NCBI GenBank assembly: GCA_964016885.1
Contig: OZ024740.1
Span: forward strand, 398,350,001 to 398,414,000
DNA length: 64,000 bases
Reading direction: 5' to 3'
DNA from: Eledone cirrhosa
Taxonomy: Eukaryota
The notes under the pieces were generated by a model. The model worked only from the letters and a program-made list of their open reading frames with translations, did not search any database and was not told where the DNA came from. This document shows, piece by piece, positions 51,653 through 64,000 of the stretch (position 1 is its first letter; each line of letters opens with the position of its first letter). The position numbers and the translations under genes were made by a program.

Positions 51653-52360
51653 TCTCCCTCCTCTCTCACTCTCTCTAAATCATCTCAGAATTTTTTGTTT
51701 TGTATATTCCCTTGAGAAACAACGTTTTTCTCATTGCAATAGATAAATGAATAAATATAAATTATTTCTCCTCACTTCCTTAGAAAGATTCCTCCTGGTT
51801 TTCAGTCAAATAAATAATTCAATACATTACTTGGGTCTGGAGATACAGTAAACAAAAAGGATCAAAAAATGAACTTTAACGTCTAAATAAATACAATAAT
51901 GTCAGCCGATAGCCTGGCACTTTGAATCGTCTGCTCTCTAATGGCGACGAAGTGTCAAATCTGAGACCCTAATCCCTTCTTAATCGACCGCAGAATATAT
52001 TTATCAACGTTAACGTTTGCTCCTGTTACACTCATCGTTTCTTCTTTCTAGTATTTTAACTCCGATGTTCTTTCTTTTAACGTCATAATTTCTATCAATT
52101 CAGTTGTTTTCATTATACTTATTGTTATTGTAACAGTACTTCTAGTAATGGCTGTTGTTGATGTTGTTCGTTTCTTTTTTCTCTTAATATTTGTTTATAA
52201 TCGTTAACTGTTGTTTCTGTAGTTCTATCCAGCTTTGACTAAACCTCATTTTTGACTATTTTTATTGTTTCTGACATGCAGATATCTAGATGTATGTGTA
52301 TGTGTGTTTACTTATATATGTGTACGTATATATACAATATATATATATATATATGTGTGT

Positions 52361-52407
<47 letters not shown>

Positions 52408-52534
52408 CATACATACATACATACATACATACATACATACATACATACATACATACATACATACATACATACATACATACATACATACATGCATGCATAT
52501 ATATATATATATAAATTATAAGCAGTAGTATTCC

Positions 52535-52565
<31 letters not shown>

Positions 52566-53238
52566 TGTTTATGTAGTGAATGCAATGCTGCTGTGTATAT
52601 ATATATGTCTATAAAATCTATTTTGAGATTTTAAATAACGAAGCAAGAAAATATAAAAATAAGAAAAATAAAAGATATTGTAGGAAAATCACTACAGCTG
52701 GTATGATGATTTGGCCAAAACAAAAACGATTCGGAATTATCAAAAATAGAAAATATTTCAAAGGTAAGCAGAGACTGTGAGCGAAGAAAATAATACAGAA
52801 ATGGTTGCAATAATATGGGAAAACAAGGAGACAGGAAAGATTAGACTGATATATAAATAGTCTGAAAGATGGAAACATGACTGGATGAATAAATATATAA
52901 ATACATAGATATATAAATAAATAAGTTATAAATAAATAAATAGATAGATAAACAGACATGGAGATGGGCTGATAGATAGATAGATAGATAATAGATATAT
53001 TTCTTTATTAGCCACAGGGGCACAAAAGAAGGGGACAAATACAAAGGGGGAAGTTTACATACAATAAAAACGTGTAAAATGTTATCACAAATGGAATTTA
53101 AAAAGTTAGTCGATTTTCCCCAATAGAGGGAGACAGTTTATATGGGTAACACATACCCCCGAAAAAAAATGTGCAGCCCTCATCTCCAGGAGTACGAAGA
53201 GCTTGTACTCCCTTCCTCTCCTCCTTCTTTTCCTCAAC

Positions 53239-56237
53239 CTACAGGCTGATATAGAGAGAAGGCCCATTCACTCGGGCCATTCTCGCCACTTTCACCAACC
53301 TTTCATAAAACTTGTGGGAGTACAGCACCTCTCTCTCCATCCTGATTCTTCTTCCAAAGTGGTATTTGAAAAAAAGAATCAGTTGTTGGCCGGAGAGAAA
53401 GGTGTCTGACCTCAACCCTTTCAACCTTGTCCACCATACAACCTCTTTCGCCATAGCTATCACACAAAGGAAAACCGCCTCTCCTTCGTTTTTGAAGGAG
53501 GGTGGTGGTTTGATCATGACAATGGACTCGGTAGTCAACCGGATTGGTCCCACCCGCGACAATAGTCGTTCTACATAGCCCCACAGGTCAGTGATGCCCG
53601 GGCACTGTATGAATGCGTTTGCGACGGTTTCTTCGTCTCGCACGCACTCGGACAGATCTTTTTTGCAGGGTCCCTGCCCGGGCGCCCATGTCTGTAGAGC
53701 TTGTCTCGAACTGGTAGAGCTCCTCGGTAGCACTGCCAGGCCAGGGACTTTTGGAAGTTGTCCATCGGTCCGCGGTGGAAGGTCCTACCGAACAGACTGG
53801 CCGGTTCATCTTCCTCTACGCCTAGAGTTTCACCGAGCGCGTCGTCGCACTTGCTGCGGACCAACCCTCTATAGAATGACGAAGTGGAGTCTCCACTGAT
53901 CGCCGGATCCGCCTGCCAGAGGGCTGTGAGCGCCTGAGCACATTCGATGTGCCAGTCGCCCATTTTCCTCGTCTATGCTTGACCCAGGACTGCAGCTCGG
54001 TCAGCGAGACGAGTCGTGGGAAGGCTCGCCTCACGAACGGGGCCCACACCGGTTGTCCGGTGAGGAATACGTAGAGATGCCGCAGCCTGAGCGCGTGTTT
54101 GCACATCGTCAACCACGGCATCCCCAGCCCTCCGTTAGAAGGGTGTTGGCAGCAGATGGATCTTCTCACCAAAGGAGCCCGCCTCTTCCAAAGGAATCGG
54201 AAGAGCGCGCGCTCTATTTTGGCGAGCGTTTTGGCTGGACAAGGCACGACGGTCAAGCGGTAGTAGATGGCGGACGCTATAAAAGTGTTCGCCACCTCCG
54301 CTCGACCTTTCAAGGATAGTTTGCACTCGGCCCACTTCTGGGTGAGTGCAAAGACCTTGGCCGTCACTTCGTTCCAGTTTTTCTCCACCTGGAGGTCCGG
54401 ACCAAACCAGACCCCGAGCAGCTTTACCGGTCCTTCCGTCCAGCGTCCGACGACGCCATCGGAAGGCATCGGTTTGCCTCTCCACAATCCGAGTTGCAAA
54501 CCGATGGACTTGTCCCGGTTCAGCTTCGCTCCTGTGAGACTTTCGTATTCCTTCAGTAAGGTGCCGACTTCCTCGTTTTGCGAGGCGCTCGACACCATTA
54601 CTGTAACGTCGTCGGCGTAGGCCGACGCCGCTTTGCGCAGTCCCGGTTCCAGAGGGATGCCCTGCAATAGCTACAGCTTCCGCAGTAGTGGCTCGAGAGT
54701 CAGTACGTACAGAAGGGAGGAGAGAGGGCATCCCTGTCAAATGGATCGCGTAATATGGAACGGCTCCGAGAGGTAGCCGTTCACCTTGACCCTTGAGCAG
54801 ATGTTGCTGTTGTGCATTGCAGCAATCCAGCCCCTGAACACGGGTCTGAAGCCTGCCGCCCCGAGCACCGCATCCAGGTAACGATAGTCAACCCAATCGA
54901 AAGCCTTAGACTGATCCAAGTTGATCAGGGCCCCACCGAAGCCGGGTTTACACCCTAGAGTCACGGTAGGCCGTCGAGGTATGGACCGAAATCCATAGCC
55001 TCTCCCGGCGCGCCGCTCCCCCGAACAGCTGATCAAAGTGCCGCTGAAAAGCCGCACACATCTGCTTCGGCTCACGTATCACGCGTCCGTTTTGGTCCTT
55101 CAAAGACCGAATCGTGGACTTGTTGCCACTTTTTGCCTCCGTCACTCGGACCCAGCTAACAGCTTTGGCTCCCTCGTTTCCCAGAGCACGTATTTTGCTT
55201 CTGACAACGCAGCCCTCGTGTTGCGTCGAAGAACTGGTCCAAGGTCGTTCTCGTTGCTAGCACGCTGGCTACGTTGCCACTTCTAATTGCCTCTTCTACT
55301 TTATCTACCAGTTCCTTCTCGGTTCTATTTCTATCTAACGCTAATTCTTTACTAAAAACTATCGAGTCTAATCTAACTGCCCTCTTGAGAGAGTACCACC
55401 ATCTGTTGTTGACAATGGCTCTGTCAAGTGCTGTTTAACTAAAGTGCTAATCCGTCTACTGTAGGCTTTGCTTGTCGGTAACGACAAGTTCAGCTTCCAG
55501 TAACCGGGTCCTTGTCTATGGGTTCTATCACGGTTGGCCATGCAGGTCACTAGTTTGTGATCTGAATAGGCAACCATGAACATTTGTGGCCAGCTTAACA
55601 TGTCCCTATCCTTATTTCTAACTAGAACCCTATCTAGGTACGATCTAGATGTTCCGCTACGATTACTCCACGTCCACAGTGGCGCAGTCGGAAAATCTAG
55701 TCGATATCTATCGGCCAGGTCAAATCGGTCGATTAACTGTTTGAGGCTGTTACACCCCCCTTTATTGGGACATGCTCCCACTTAGTCCCAACGTGCATCT
55801 AGGATTCCATTCCAGTCCCCCACTAAAAGCAAGGAGCGGGACGTTCCCAGAAAAGTCTCTAGACGTTTGAAGAAGTCTGGCCGCGGTGTCCCGGATGGGG
55901 CATATGCGGCAACCAGCCTGAAGGCTCCACCTTCACTACCGTCAACGTCTAGGACCACCAGTCGACCCTCCGGGTCCAGATGTACCGTCTGTGTTATGAG
56001 GCCCAGGTGTTTCCGCAGCAAAAGGGCAACTCCGCCCCCACCCCCCGGTTGACAGAGAGATGCGTAGATCTCAAAGTCATCGAAGATGGGGGCCAGCTGT
56101 CGCTCGCCGTGGATCCTGGACTCGCAAATGGCTACCACATCCATACTGTGCGACCTGAGGTCGTTTAAGAGTTTGCCCTGTTTCCAGGGCATCCCCAGGC
56201 CGCGTACTTTCACACATCCAACTCTCATATTGGCCAT
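53239..56237 (-). pseudogene. ORF2 of copy A2, deleted and frameshifted
   Basis: MANMRVGCVKVRGLG start, GDWN, SDH, YADD, C-terminal region. Confidence 0.92.
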
Positions 56238-58174
56238 GTTGGTGCTGAAAAGTTAAAAGAGGAAAAGAGATCACTCACCCTTCGCCTCCTGGGGACCAGG
56301 GCGCACGATTTCCATGGGGGTGTTGGAGAGGTTGTCTGGATGGGTGGTGGTTTCCGGCGGGGTGGGGACGCAGATGTTTGGTGGGGTGGGTTTGGTGGGA
56401 TGGGGGTGTCTGGGGTCAGGAGACATTTGAGAAGGACGCGGTTAAGTGGTTTCACGCAGGAATTCCCCACATCCTTCTCAAATGTTTCTTTTAGGGACCT
56501 ATAAGTTTGCATAGGGACCCTAATCAGTTTTAGGTTCAGTTTTTTGTTATTTTTAATAGAGTGGGCGAAAGTTTTCCATTCGGATTTCACCGAAGGGTCG
56601 TCCATTAGTGTTTTGTTTTCAGTGTTTATGTAAGTGTAAGTGTAATTTTCTTGTGTTGTGTTTGTTTTTGTCTGTAGTTCTTGTGTGTGCTTTCGTTTTG
56701 TTGTAGGTATTTTGTTTTCAGGAGGTGGGGGTTTTGTTTGTGATGTTTTTGTTGTTTGTGTTGGTGGTTGTATGTTTGTGGTAGTGTTTGCTGGTTTTTT
56801 TGCTTTTGTGATGTCTTTTCTTTCTTTTCGAGCGATGGGGTTCTCCCTCGTCTTCACTGGGTGATGGCGAGATAGCCTCATCTGTTGTATCGTCTGTGTG
56901 ATTGGGGAGGGGTATGTCTTGGGGAGCTGTTGTGTCTGTATGTGATTTTGCAGTGGTTTTAGGTGGAGTGGGGTTGGGTGGGACTGTGTTTGTTGTGGTT
57001 ATTTGTGTGTGTTGGTGTTGTTGTTGTTGTGGTGGTGTTGGTGGTTGTGTTGTTTTGATGGGTGTCGGCAGAAGAGCCTTTTTTTGGTTCATTAATTTAG
57101 GACAGGAAGCCCTCAGGTGACCCCTGCTAAAGCAATGGTAACATGAAGGCCGCCTACCCTCAACCGAAAAGTTTATGTAGGTGAGTCCGTCCAGGAGTAC
57201 ACGCTGCGGGATCATAGCTATTCGCTCTGGGCTCATTTGCACCAGAACTTCAATGCTAGTCCCATTGAATACATCTCTGGGGGACTTGCCTACTGACAGT
57301 ATTCTGTCTTCATCAAAATTGATGAAGCCGCACAGTATCCACCATATGTTCACCTTTGGTCTGACACTCGTGATTCTGATCTTTTGTGTCCTTTTTCCCA
57401 TGTATGTAGGGAAAATGGTGTACAGATTGGATAAAATTGGCGACACAGAGTAATTTTGGGCCGTCAATTGATCCTTCATGAGTACCGAAATACTCCCGAA
57501 AAGTTTGCTTCTTTGAATGAATGCAATATCATTCATTGAATTTTTGAAAACCAGTTCAATTTCTTTCTGTGACAATTAGACTGGTTTTCGGGTAGAATTG
57601 GAAACTGTCCTAAAAACTATCGTTTTGAGAGCAGTTTCCTTGCGAATTTCTACCGGAGAATTGATGCTGAAAGCACCATTTTTTTCGAAAGTGACATATC
57701 TCTTAGCGTCCTTTAAAAGTTGTTCAGCATTTGTTATGTCGAGATATATCAATTCTTCCTTCTTTTGAACTTTCTCTGCAAAGCAGATTTTGGTTTCTTT
57801 GTGGAATCCGTATTGGTGGTGTTGTCATTATTGTTGTTATTGTTGTTGTTATTCTTGTTGTCACCGATGTTGGTATCATCCGTATTTTCCTTTGTGTTGT
57901 TGTTGTCTTTGATACTGGTGTTATTGGTGTTGTCTCTATTTTTTTCTTTGTTGTTGTTATCATTGTTGCTTTTATCATCATTATTGGTGTTGCTGTTATT
58001 TTTGTTGTCATTGAATTGTTTGGTGTCATTTGTGTTGTTTGGATATGAATTCGTTTTTACATTTTCATTTTGTCTTTCCATCTCTATAGTATCTAGTGAA
58101 GAAGACGTTGTTGACTGCGAGCTTGGTAGTCTTACCGCCTCTCCACCACCATTATCGTTGGACGCAGCGTTCAT
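56225..58174 (-). pseudogene. ORF1 of copy A2, disrupted
   Basis: MNAASNDNGGG start; CYHCFSRGHLRASC knuckle; ends PTWPI* overlapping ORF2. Confidence 0.87.
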
Positions 58175-58413
58175 AACGTAATCAAAATTTTACAATATTT
58201 TTTTCCAAGATTCGATGCAGAAAAATTTTTTAAATGGATATTCCGCCCCAGTAGGGGCGAAAATGAGTTGACCCACCACCTGAAGGTCTAGACGGGGAGT
58301 CAAGTTACACAATGATATAAAATTTAACTAAAAACTCGTTTTTTTCTTACATAAATTAACGGAAACTTCTCCGCGAAGTTACACACGTCTGATAGAGAGA
58401 TAGAGAGATAGAG

Positions 58414-58473
<60 letters not shown>

Positions 58474-58474
<1 letters not shown>

Positions 58475-60231
58475 TATTTCTTTATTAGCCACAGGGGCAC
58501 AAAAGAAGGGGACAAATACAAAGGGGGAAGTTTACATACAATAAAAACGTGTAAAATGTTATCACAGATGGAATTTAAAAGTTAGTCGATTTTCCCCAAT
58601 AGAGGGAGACAGTTTATATGGGTAACACAGACCCCCGAAAAAAATGTGCAACCCTCATCTCCAGGAGTACGAAGAGCTTGTACTCCTTTCCTCTCCTCCT
58701 CCTTTTCCTCAACCTACAGGCTGATATAGAGAGAAGGCCCATTCACTCGGGCCATTCTCGCCACTTTCACCCACCTTTCATAAAACTTGCTGGGGTACAG
58801 CACCTCTCTCTCCATCCTGATTCTTCTTCCAAAGTGGTATTTGAAAAAAAGAATCAGTTGTTGGCCGGAGAGAAAGGTGTCTGACCTCAGCCCTTTCAAC
58901 CTTGTCCACCATACAACCTCTTTCGCCATAGCTATCACACAAAGGAAAACCGCCTCTCCTTCGTTTTTGAAGGAGGGTGGCGGTTTGATCATGACAATGG
59001 ACTCGGTGGTCAACTGGATTGGTCCCACCCGCGACAATAGTCGTTCTACATAGCCCCACAGGTCAGTGACGCCCGGGCAGTGTATGAATGCGTGCGCGAC
59101 GGTTTCTTCGTCTCGCACGCACCTCGGACAGATCTTTTTTGCAGGGTCCCTGCCCGGGCGCCCATGTCTGTATAGCTTGTCTCGAACTGGTAGAGCTCCT
59201 CGGTAGCACTGCCAGGCCAGGGACTTTTGGAAGTTGTCCATCGGTCCCGGGCGGAAGGTCCTACCGAACAGACTGGCCAGTTCATCTTCCTCCACGCCTA
59301 GAGTTTCACCGAGCGCGTCGTCGCACTTGCTGCGGACCAACCCTCTATAGAATGACGAAGTGGAGTCTCCACTGATCGCCGGGTCCGCCTGCCAGAGGGC
59401 TGTGAGCGCCTGAGCACATTCGATGTGCCAGTCGCCCATTTTCCTCGGTCTCTGCTTGACCCAGGACTGCAGCTCGGTCAGCGAGACGAGTCGTGGGAAG
59501 GCTCGCCTCACGAACGGGGCCCACACCGGTTGTCCGGTGAGGAATACGTAGAGATGCCGCAGCCTGAGCGCGTGTTTGCGCATCGTCAACCACGGCATCC
59601 CCAGCCCTCCGTTAGAAGGGTGTTGGCAGCAGATGGATCTTCTTACCAAAGGAGCCCGCCTCTTCCAAAGGAATCGGAAGAGGGCGCGCTCCATTTTGGC
59701 GAGCGTTTTGGCTGGACAAGGCACGACGGTCAAGCGGTAGTAGATGGCGGACGCTATAAAAGTGTTCGCCACCTCCGCTCGACCTTTCAAGGATAGTTTG
59801 CACTCGGCCCACTTCTGGGTGAGTGCAAACACCTTGGCCGTCACTTCGTTCCAGTTCTTCTCCACCTGGAGGTCCGGACCAAACCAGACCCCGAGCAGCT
59901 TTACCGGTCCTTCCGTCCAGCGTCCGACGACGCCATCGGAAGGCATCGGTCTGCCTCTCCACGATCCGAGTTGCAAACCGATGGACTTGTCCCGGTTCAG
60001 CTTCGCTCCTGTGAGACTTTCGTATTCCTTTAGTAAGGTGCCGACTTCCTCGATTTGCGAGGCGCTCGACACCATTACTGTCACGTCGTCGGCGTAGGCC
60101 GACGCCGCTTTCCGCAGTCCCGGTTCCAGAGGGATGCCCTGCAATAGCTCCAGCTTCCGCAGTAGTGGCTCGAGAGTCAGTACGTACAGAAGGGAGGAGA
60201 GAGGGCATCCCTGTCGAATGGATCGCGTAAT

Positions 60232-60232
<1 letters not shown>
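58474..60232 (-). mobile_element. Tx1/L1-clade element, subfamily A copy 3, 5'-truncated within RT
   Basis: Open frame from the truncation point to the stop at 58714 (YADD and CCHC intact); (GATA)n at 58391-58473 and 60233-60278. Confidence 0.95.
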
Positions 60233-60279
<47 letters not shown>

Positions 60280-60652
60280 ATGAGAGCGGTGTGTGTGTAT
60301 CTGTGTCTGTGTGAGTGTGTGTGTTACATATCACCGTAAACCACTCTCAGAAAAATATAATCATAATAACAACATATAGACACACCACACCACTCAGACG
60401 CACGTGCATATCCACCCCAAAATAGACCTTGACACGAACAATGATACATTTTCAGTTAGTGACTTTTGAAGAAGCTAATATCGTATGTATGTATGGTCCG
60501 CTAACTCCTGATAGAATCGTAAGGGCGCCGTGTTTCTTGGGCATTTTAAAGCCTGGAGAAGCCCATCCCTCTCTAGGCCTGAGGTCAGCAGATTTCTTCC
60601 ATAGAAAGATGGAAAGTGAGAGAGACGAATGAGAAAGAGATATAGAGGAAGA

Positions 60653-60812
60653 ATCGACCCCAGTACTAGACTGGTACTTATTTTATCGACCTTGAAAGGA
60701 TGAAGGGCAAAGTTGACCTCGGCGGGATTTGAACTCCGAGAGCAGAGAATCGGAACGAATACTACAAAGCATTCTATTCGACGTTCTAACGACTCTCACA
60801 AATCACCGTCTA
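60653..60812 (-). mobile_element. tRNA-derived SINE (same core)
   Basis: CTGGTACTTATTTTATCGACCTTGAAAGGATGAAGGGCAAAGTTGACCTCGGCGGGATTTGAACTC. Confidence 0.85.
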
Positions 60813-62169
60813 TCCGTAACTAAGTACTAACGCTTTTTGTCAAACGATTCTTCGAATTCCTTAATTTGCATTCATCCGAAATAATAACCTTCTAACGACT
60901 CTGTCAATTCGCCGCCTCTAACATCGTATATCCGAGGTAAAACGAGACAGAAATTTACGAGAGGAAGAAAAGAAAAACTATTTCAACACTTTTCTGTTTT
61001 TATTTATTTATTTATTTTATTTCATTTATTTATTGTTATTTATTTGTTATTTGTTTTTAAACAAATGAAGACAAAATATAATCTGGCTAAATGAAAGGAA
61101 GCAAAATATGATGTCACCATGTTGCTGCTGTTGTTGTTATTTCTGATGTTGCCGTTGTTGTTGGTGGTGGTGCTATTGTTGTTGTTATTGTTGTTGTTGT
61201 TGTTTTGGCTTAGTTCTAGCCTGATTGAGCATGCATATGATCAAAGGCGTTCCAGCCATGGCTATACAATCCTGTTCAGATTTAGAACATCTAGGGCAAT
61301 ATTTTTCTAACGTGACCGTCCTTTATATGATAGGCGGGTCTTGGTATTGTTGTTGATATATATATTTATATATATATAGAGAGAGAGAGAGGTGGGGATA
61401 GAGAGTTATATAAGGAATACTACTGCTTTTAATGTGTGTATATATATGTGTGTGTATGTGGAGGGGGATAGTACTGGTTGTCGTAGGGATAACGGTGTGA
61501 TAGATGTGGGAGGGTTGTAGCAGGTCCGCCATAATCGAGTAGAAAGATGTGTTCCGAGTATAATGAATACGTCATTTTTCAGCCATATTGTGTATAGGAC
61601 ATAATAAAATAACATGACTGAGGGAAAATACATCAAACGAGCATTCTGTATACTAAATACAAACATTTTGGTCAGAAGAGATTGCAACATCAATCAGTGT
61701 GCATGTCTCACATATGTAATATAGTGAGTTGAAAAACTGATTAAGTGATATTATCCAACAACCAAAAGAAAAGTCCCTTTAACGGTGTTTAAAATTTAAA
61801 AACAAAAAGCATTGGATATAGTTTCTATACAAATAGTTGATCGAAATGTTTTGGACATTATAGTCAATATAGATTGGGGTGGATCAGGTCTTTAAAGCCA
61901 ACTGTTGGAATACACGAACATATTCCGGTTTTATTAGGTATCCTCGGTGAAACATATTCTGCTTAGTGATAAAGAGTGATATCAGGACACTGTTTGTGAG
62001 TTTCAGTGATGTAGCTGAGAGAAAATGCCACAAAGGAGTGTTCTACATATTAAATACAAATACGGCAGGATACCATATACATAACGTAGTGGCCTGAAAA
62101 TATTCAATCAACTAAAATTATCCAAGTAAGTTGTAGATAAAATTCCTGGGTAGAGTTTACTGAAATATT

Positions 62170-62380
62170 GATTTCTAATTTAGGCACATGGCCAGCAATT
62201 TTGGAGCAAGTGTAAAGTTGATTAAATAACCGCCAGTACTTGACTGTACTTTATTTTATCGATCCCGGAAAGATGAAAGGCAAAATTGACTTTGGCGGGA
62301 TTTGAACTTAGAATGAAAAGTACTAAAACAACCCCCGTAATGGGATGTTATCCGACACTACCAATTCTGCCAATCTACCA
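62170..62380 (-). mobile_element. tRNA-derived SINE (same core, more diverged)
   Basis: GGCCAGCAATTT...TTTTATCGATCCCGGAAAGATGAAAGGCAAAATTGACTTTGGCGGGATTTGAACT. Confidence 0.78.
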
Positions 62381-62489
62381 TCATAATAAATGAAAATATT
62401 GAAACATATAATCGTATTATTATTGTTGTTATTTTTCGTAGAATTGTTGTTGTTTTCTGTTGGACTGTAACAGAAAACAACACCAGATA

Positions 62490-62685
62490 CATATATACTT
62501 CTATACTTCTATATACTTTTATAGATACTTCTATAGATACCTCTATACTTACGTATATACCTCTATACTTATAGATACTTCTATACGTATATATACTTCT
62601 ATAGTTATAGATACTTCTATACTTATATAGAAGGAATATACTTCTATAGTTATAGATACTTCTATACTTATATAGAAGGAATTTT
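62490..62685. repeat. Degenerate (ATACTTCT) tandem repeat with a ~45-bp duplication
   Basis: Direct. Confidence 0.8.
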
Positions 62686-62852
62686 CAGTTTCCTCAGTTG
62701 AAGAAATACTAATCTGGAAATATCAAGTCATATGAATAAATTAAGGTAAAAGAAAACAAACCCTACTTTTTGTGCTTTTTGCGTTTCGATTTTTTTCTCT
62801 GTCCAAACCTGCATTGTCGTGGCTTTCCAACTTCGAATTCTCTATATATATG

Positions 62853-62888
<36 letters not shown>

Positions 62889-62892
<4 letters not shown>

Positions 62893-63006
62893 AACGAGTA
62901 GGACCCCGACGGCTGAGCTTAAGCCGTTTCGACGGCTAATTCTGGACTAAATAGCAGAATTAGCCGTCGAAACGGCTTGAGCTCAGCCGTCGGGGTCCTA
63001 CTCGTT

Positions 63007-63010
<4 letters not shown>
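62889..63010. mobile_element. Near-perfect 122-bp palindrome of P1-related sequence (3' half of the hammerhead) inside (TA)n
   Basis: 62889-62944 is the reverse complement of 62956-63010; TAGCCGTCGAAACGGCTTGAGCTCAGCCGTCGGGGTC matches 14114-14150. Confidence 0.88.
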
Positions 63011-63050
<40 letters not shown>

Positions 63051-63124
63051 GTACCATAGAACAACAATTATATTATAGACACCCTATATATCTCAATGTG
63101 TACTTAGTATTTAGATATTTACCT

Positions 63125-63175
<51 letters not shown>

Positions 63176-63180
<5 letters not shown>

Positions 63181-63560
63181 ATATTAAATAAATGGAAATT
63201 ATATTTATATAACCATATTTATTTTATTATATATATTTCAAGGGTAACCAAGACAACATTGGTACGCTTTCATCAGATAAAATACAAAGTTTGTTTTATA
63301 AATAGAGACGTACCCATGAAAATCATACCTTATCGGTTGGAAATTCACAACCGATAAGGTATGATTTTCATGGGTACGTCTCTATTTATAAAACAAACTT
63401 TGTATTTTATCTGATGAAAGCGTACCAATGTTGTCTTGGTTACCCTTGAAATATATATAATAAAATAAATATGGTTATATAAATATAGTTTCCATTTATT
63501 TAATATCATTGAATATTTACTCCAGTAACTTGTTGAGTGCTCTAAATCAGTTATAAACAT
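63176..63560 (+). mobile_element. Fold-back element with ~165-bp near-perfect arms after (TA)n, PLE-like tail
   Basis: 63176-63339 is the reverse complement of 63348-63510; tail TTACTCCAG..CTTGTTGAGT resembles the P2/P4 tails. Confidence 0.78.
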
Positions 63561-63769
63561 TTATGTTTGTCGGACTTCCAACAAATTAAATACAACTTCT
63601 AGTTATATATATATATTAGTAATAACATTACTAACAAAATTCCTAGTAATCAGACTAAAGCACCTAAATCAGTTAATCTAACTAAACATATATATAATAA
63701 ATTCACTAATACTAACTCTCTTAGTAAACATCCTGATACATCGTATAAATATAAAAAAACAACATCAAA

Positions 63770-64000
63770 ACCGTAATAGACGAGTTACTTGGTATAATGC
63801 TCCATTTAATCTACAAATTAAAGATAATATCCACAAAAAAATCTTTTACTATCCTAGAGAAAAACTTCCCACCAAACCATAAATACCATCAAATTTTAAA
63901 TAGATCTACGGTCAAATTTTCCTACTCCACTACCAAAAATATACAACAAAATATAAGTGCCTACAATGCATATAAATGTAAAAAAAAAACATGAATATAC
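63770..64000 (+). pseudogene. PLE RT-to-endonuclease linker fragment (continues past the window end)
   Basis: RNRRVTWYNAPFNLQIKDNIHKK/frameshift/FTILEKNFPPNHKYHQILNRSTVKFSYSTTKNIQQNISAYN fits the PLE W(F/Y)NPP...FP..H.L..I.NR.TVK.SYS motif. Confidence 0.82.

Larger units (their letters stand above)
52997..58391 (-). mobile_element. Tx1/L1-clade element, subfamily A copy 2 (both ends present, ~430-bp internal deletion in RT)
   Basis: Collinear with A1; the junction at ~54957 joins A1-equivalent 25847 to 26280; GATA tracts on both sides. Confidence 0.94.

Noticed and set aside
61500-62165. Moderately complex sequence that might be a transposase or exon remnant
   Set aside because: No motif recognised in any frame I examined.

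Overview
Repeat-rich eukaryotic (animal) DNA with no recognisable host gene. The tRNA-derived SINE family and the dense (TA)n/(CA)n/(GA)n/(GATA)n microsatellites suggest a cephalopod (Octopus-like) genome, which is an inference. The window has four main components. (1) A 22-bp satellite with higher-order structure (1-6920) and a 14-bp G-rich minisatellite (9410-10945). (2) At least eight short fold-back (inverted-repeat) insertions in (TA)n tracts. Two keep the C-terminal end of a Penelope-like element (PLE) ORF and one lies next to a PLE RT-to-endonuclease linker fragment. Most contain type I hammerhead ribozyme folds, several with non-canonical cores (U3-A8, U4C, U4A) and some with long stem II inserts. 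(3) Five copies (four near full-length, one 5'-truncated) of two subfamilies of an L1/Tx1-clade non-LTR retrotransposon (ORF1 with CCHC knuckle; ORF2 with APE, RT and CCHC). All are on the minus strand and stacked head-to-tail in (GATA)n tracts; an older relative has an (ATT)n tail. (4) Decayed RTE, PLE, mariner, MITE and SINE fragments. The two best candidates for an undescribed system are the (TA)n-targeted, hammerhead-bearing fold-back PLE families and the (GATA)n-specific tandem Tx1-like family with a conserved structured 5' UTR. All RNA folds were paired by eye, not computed.
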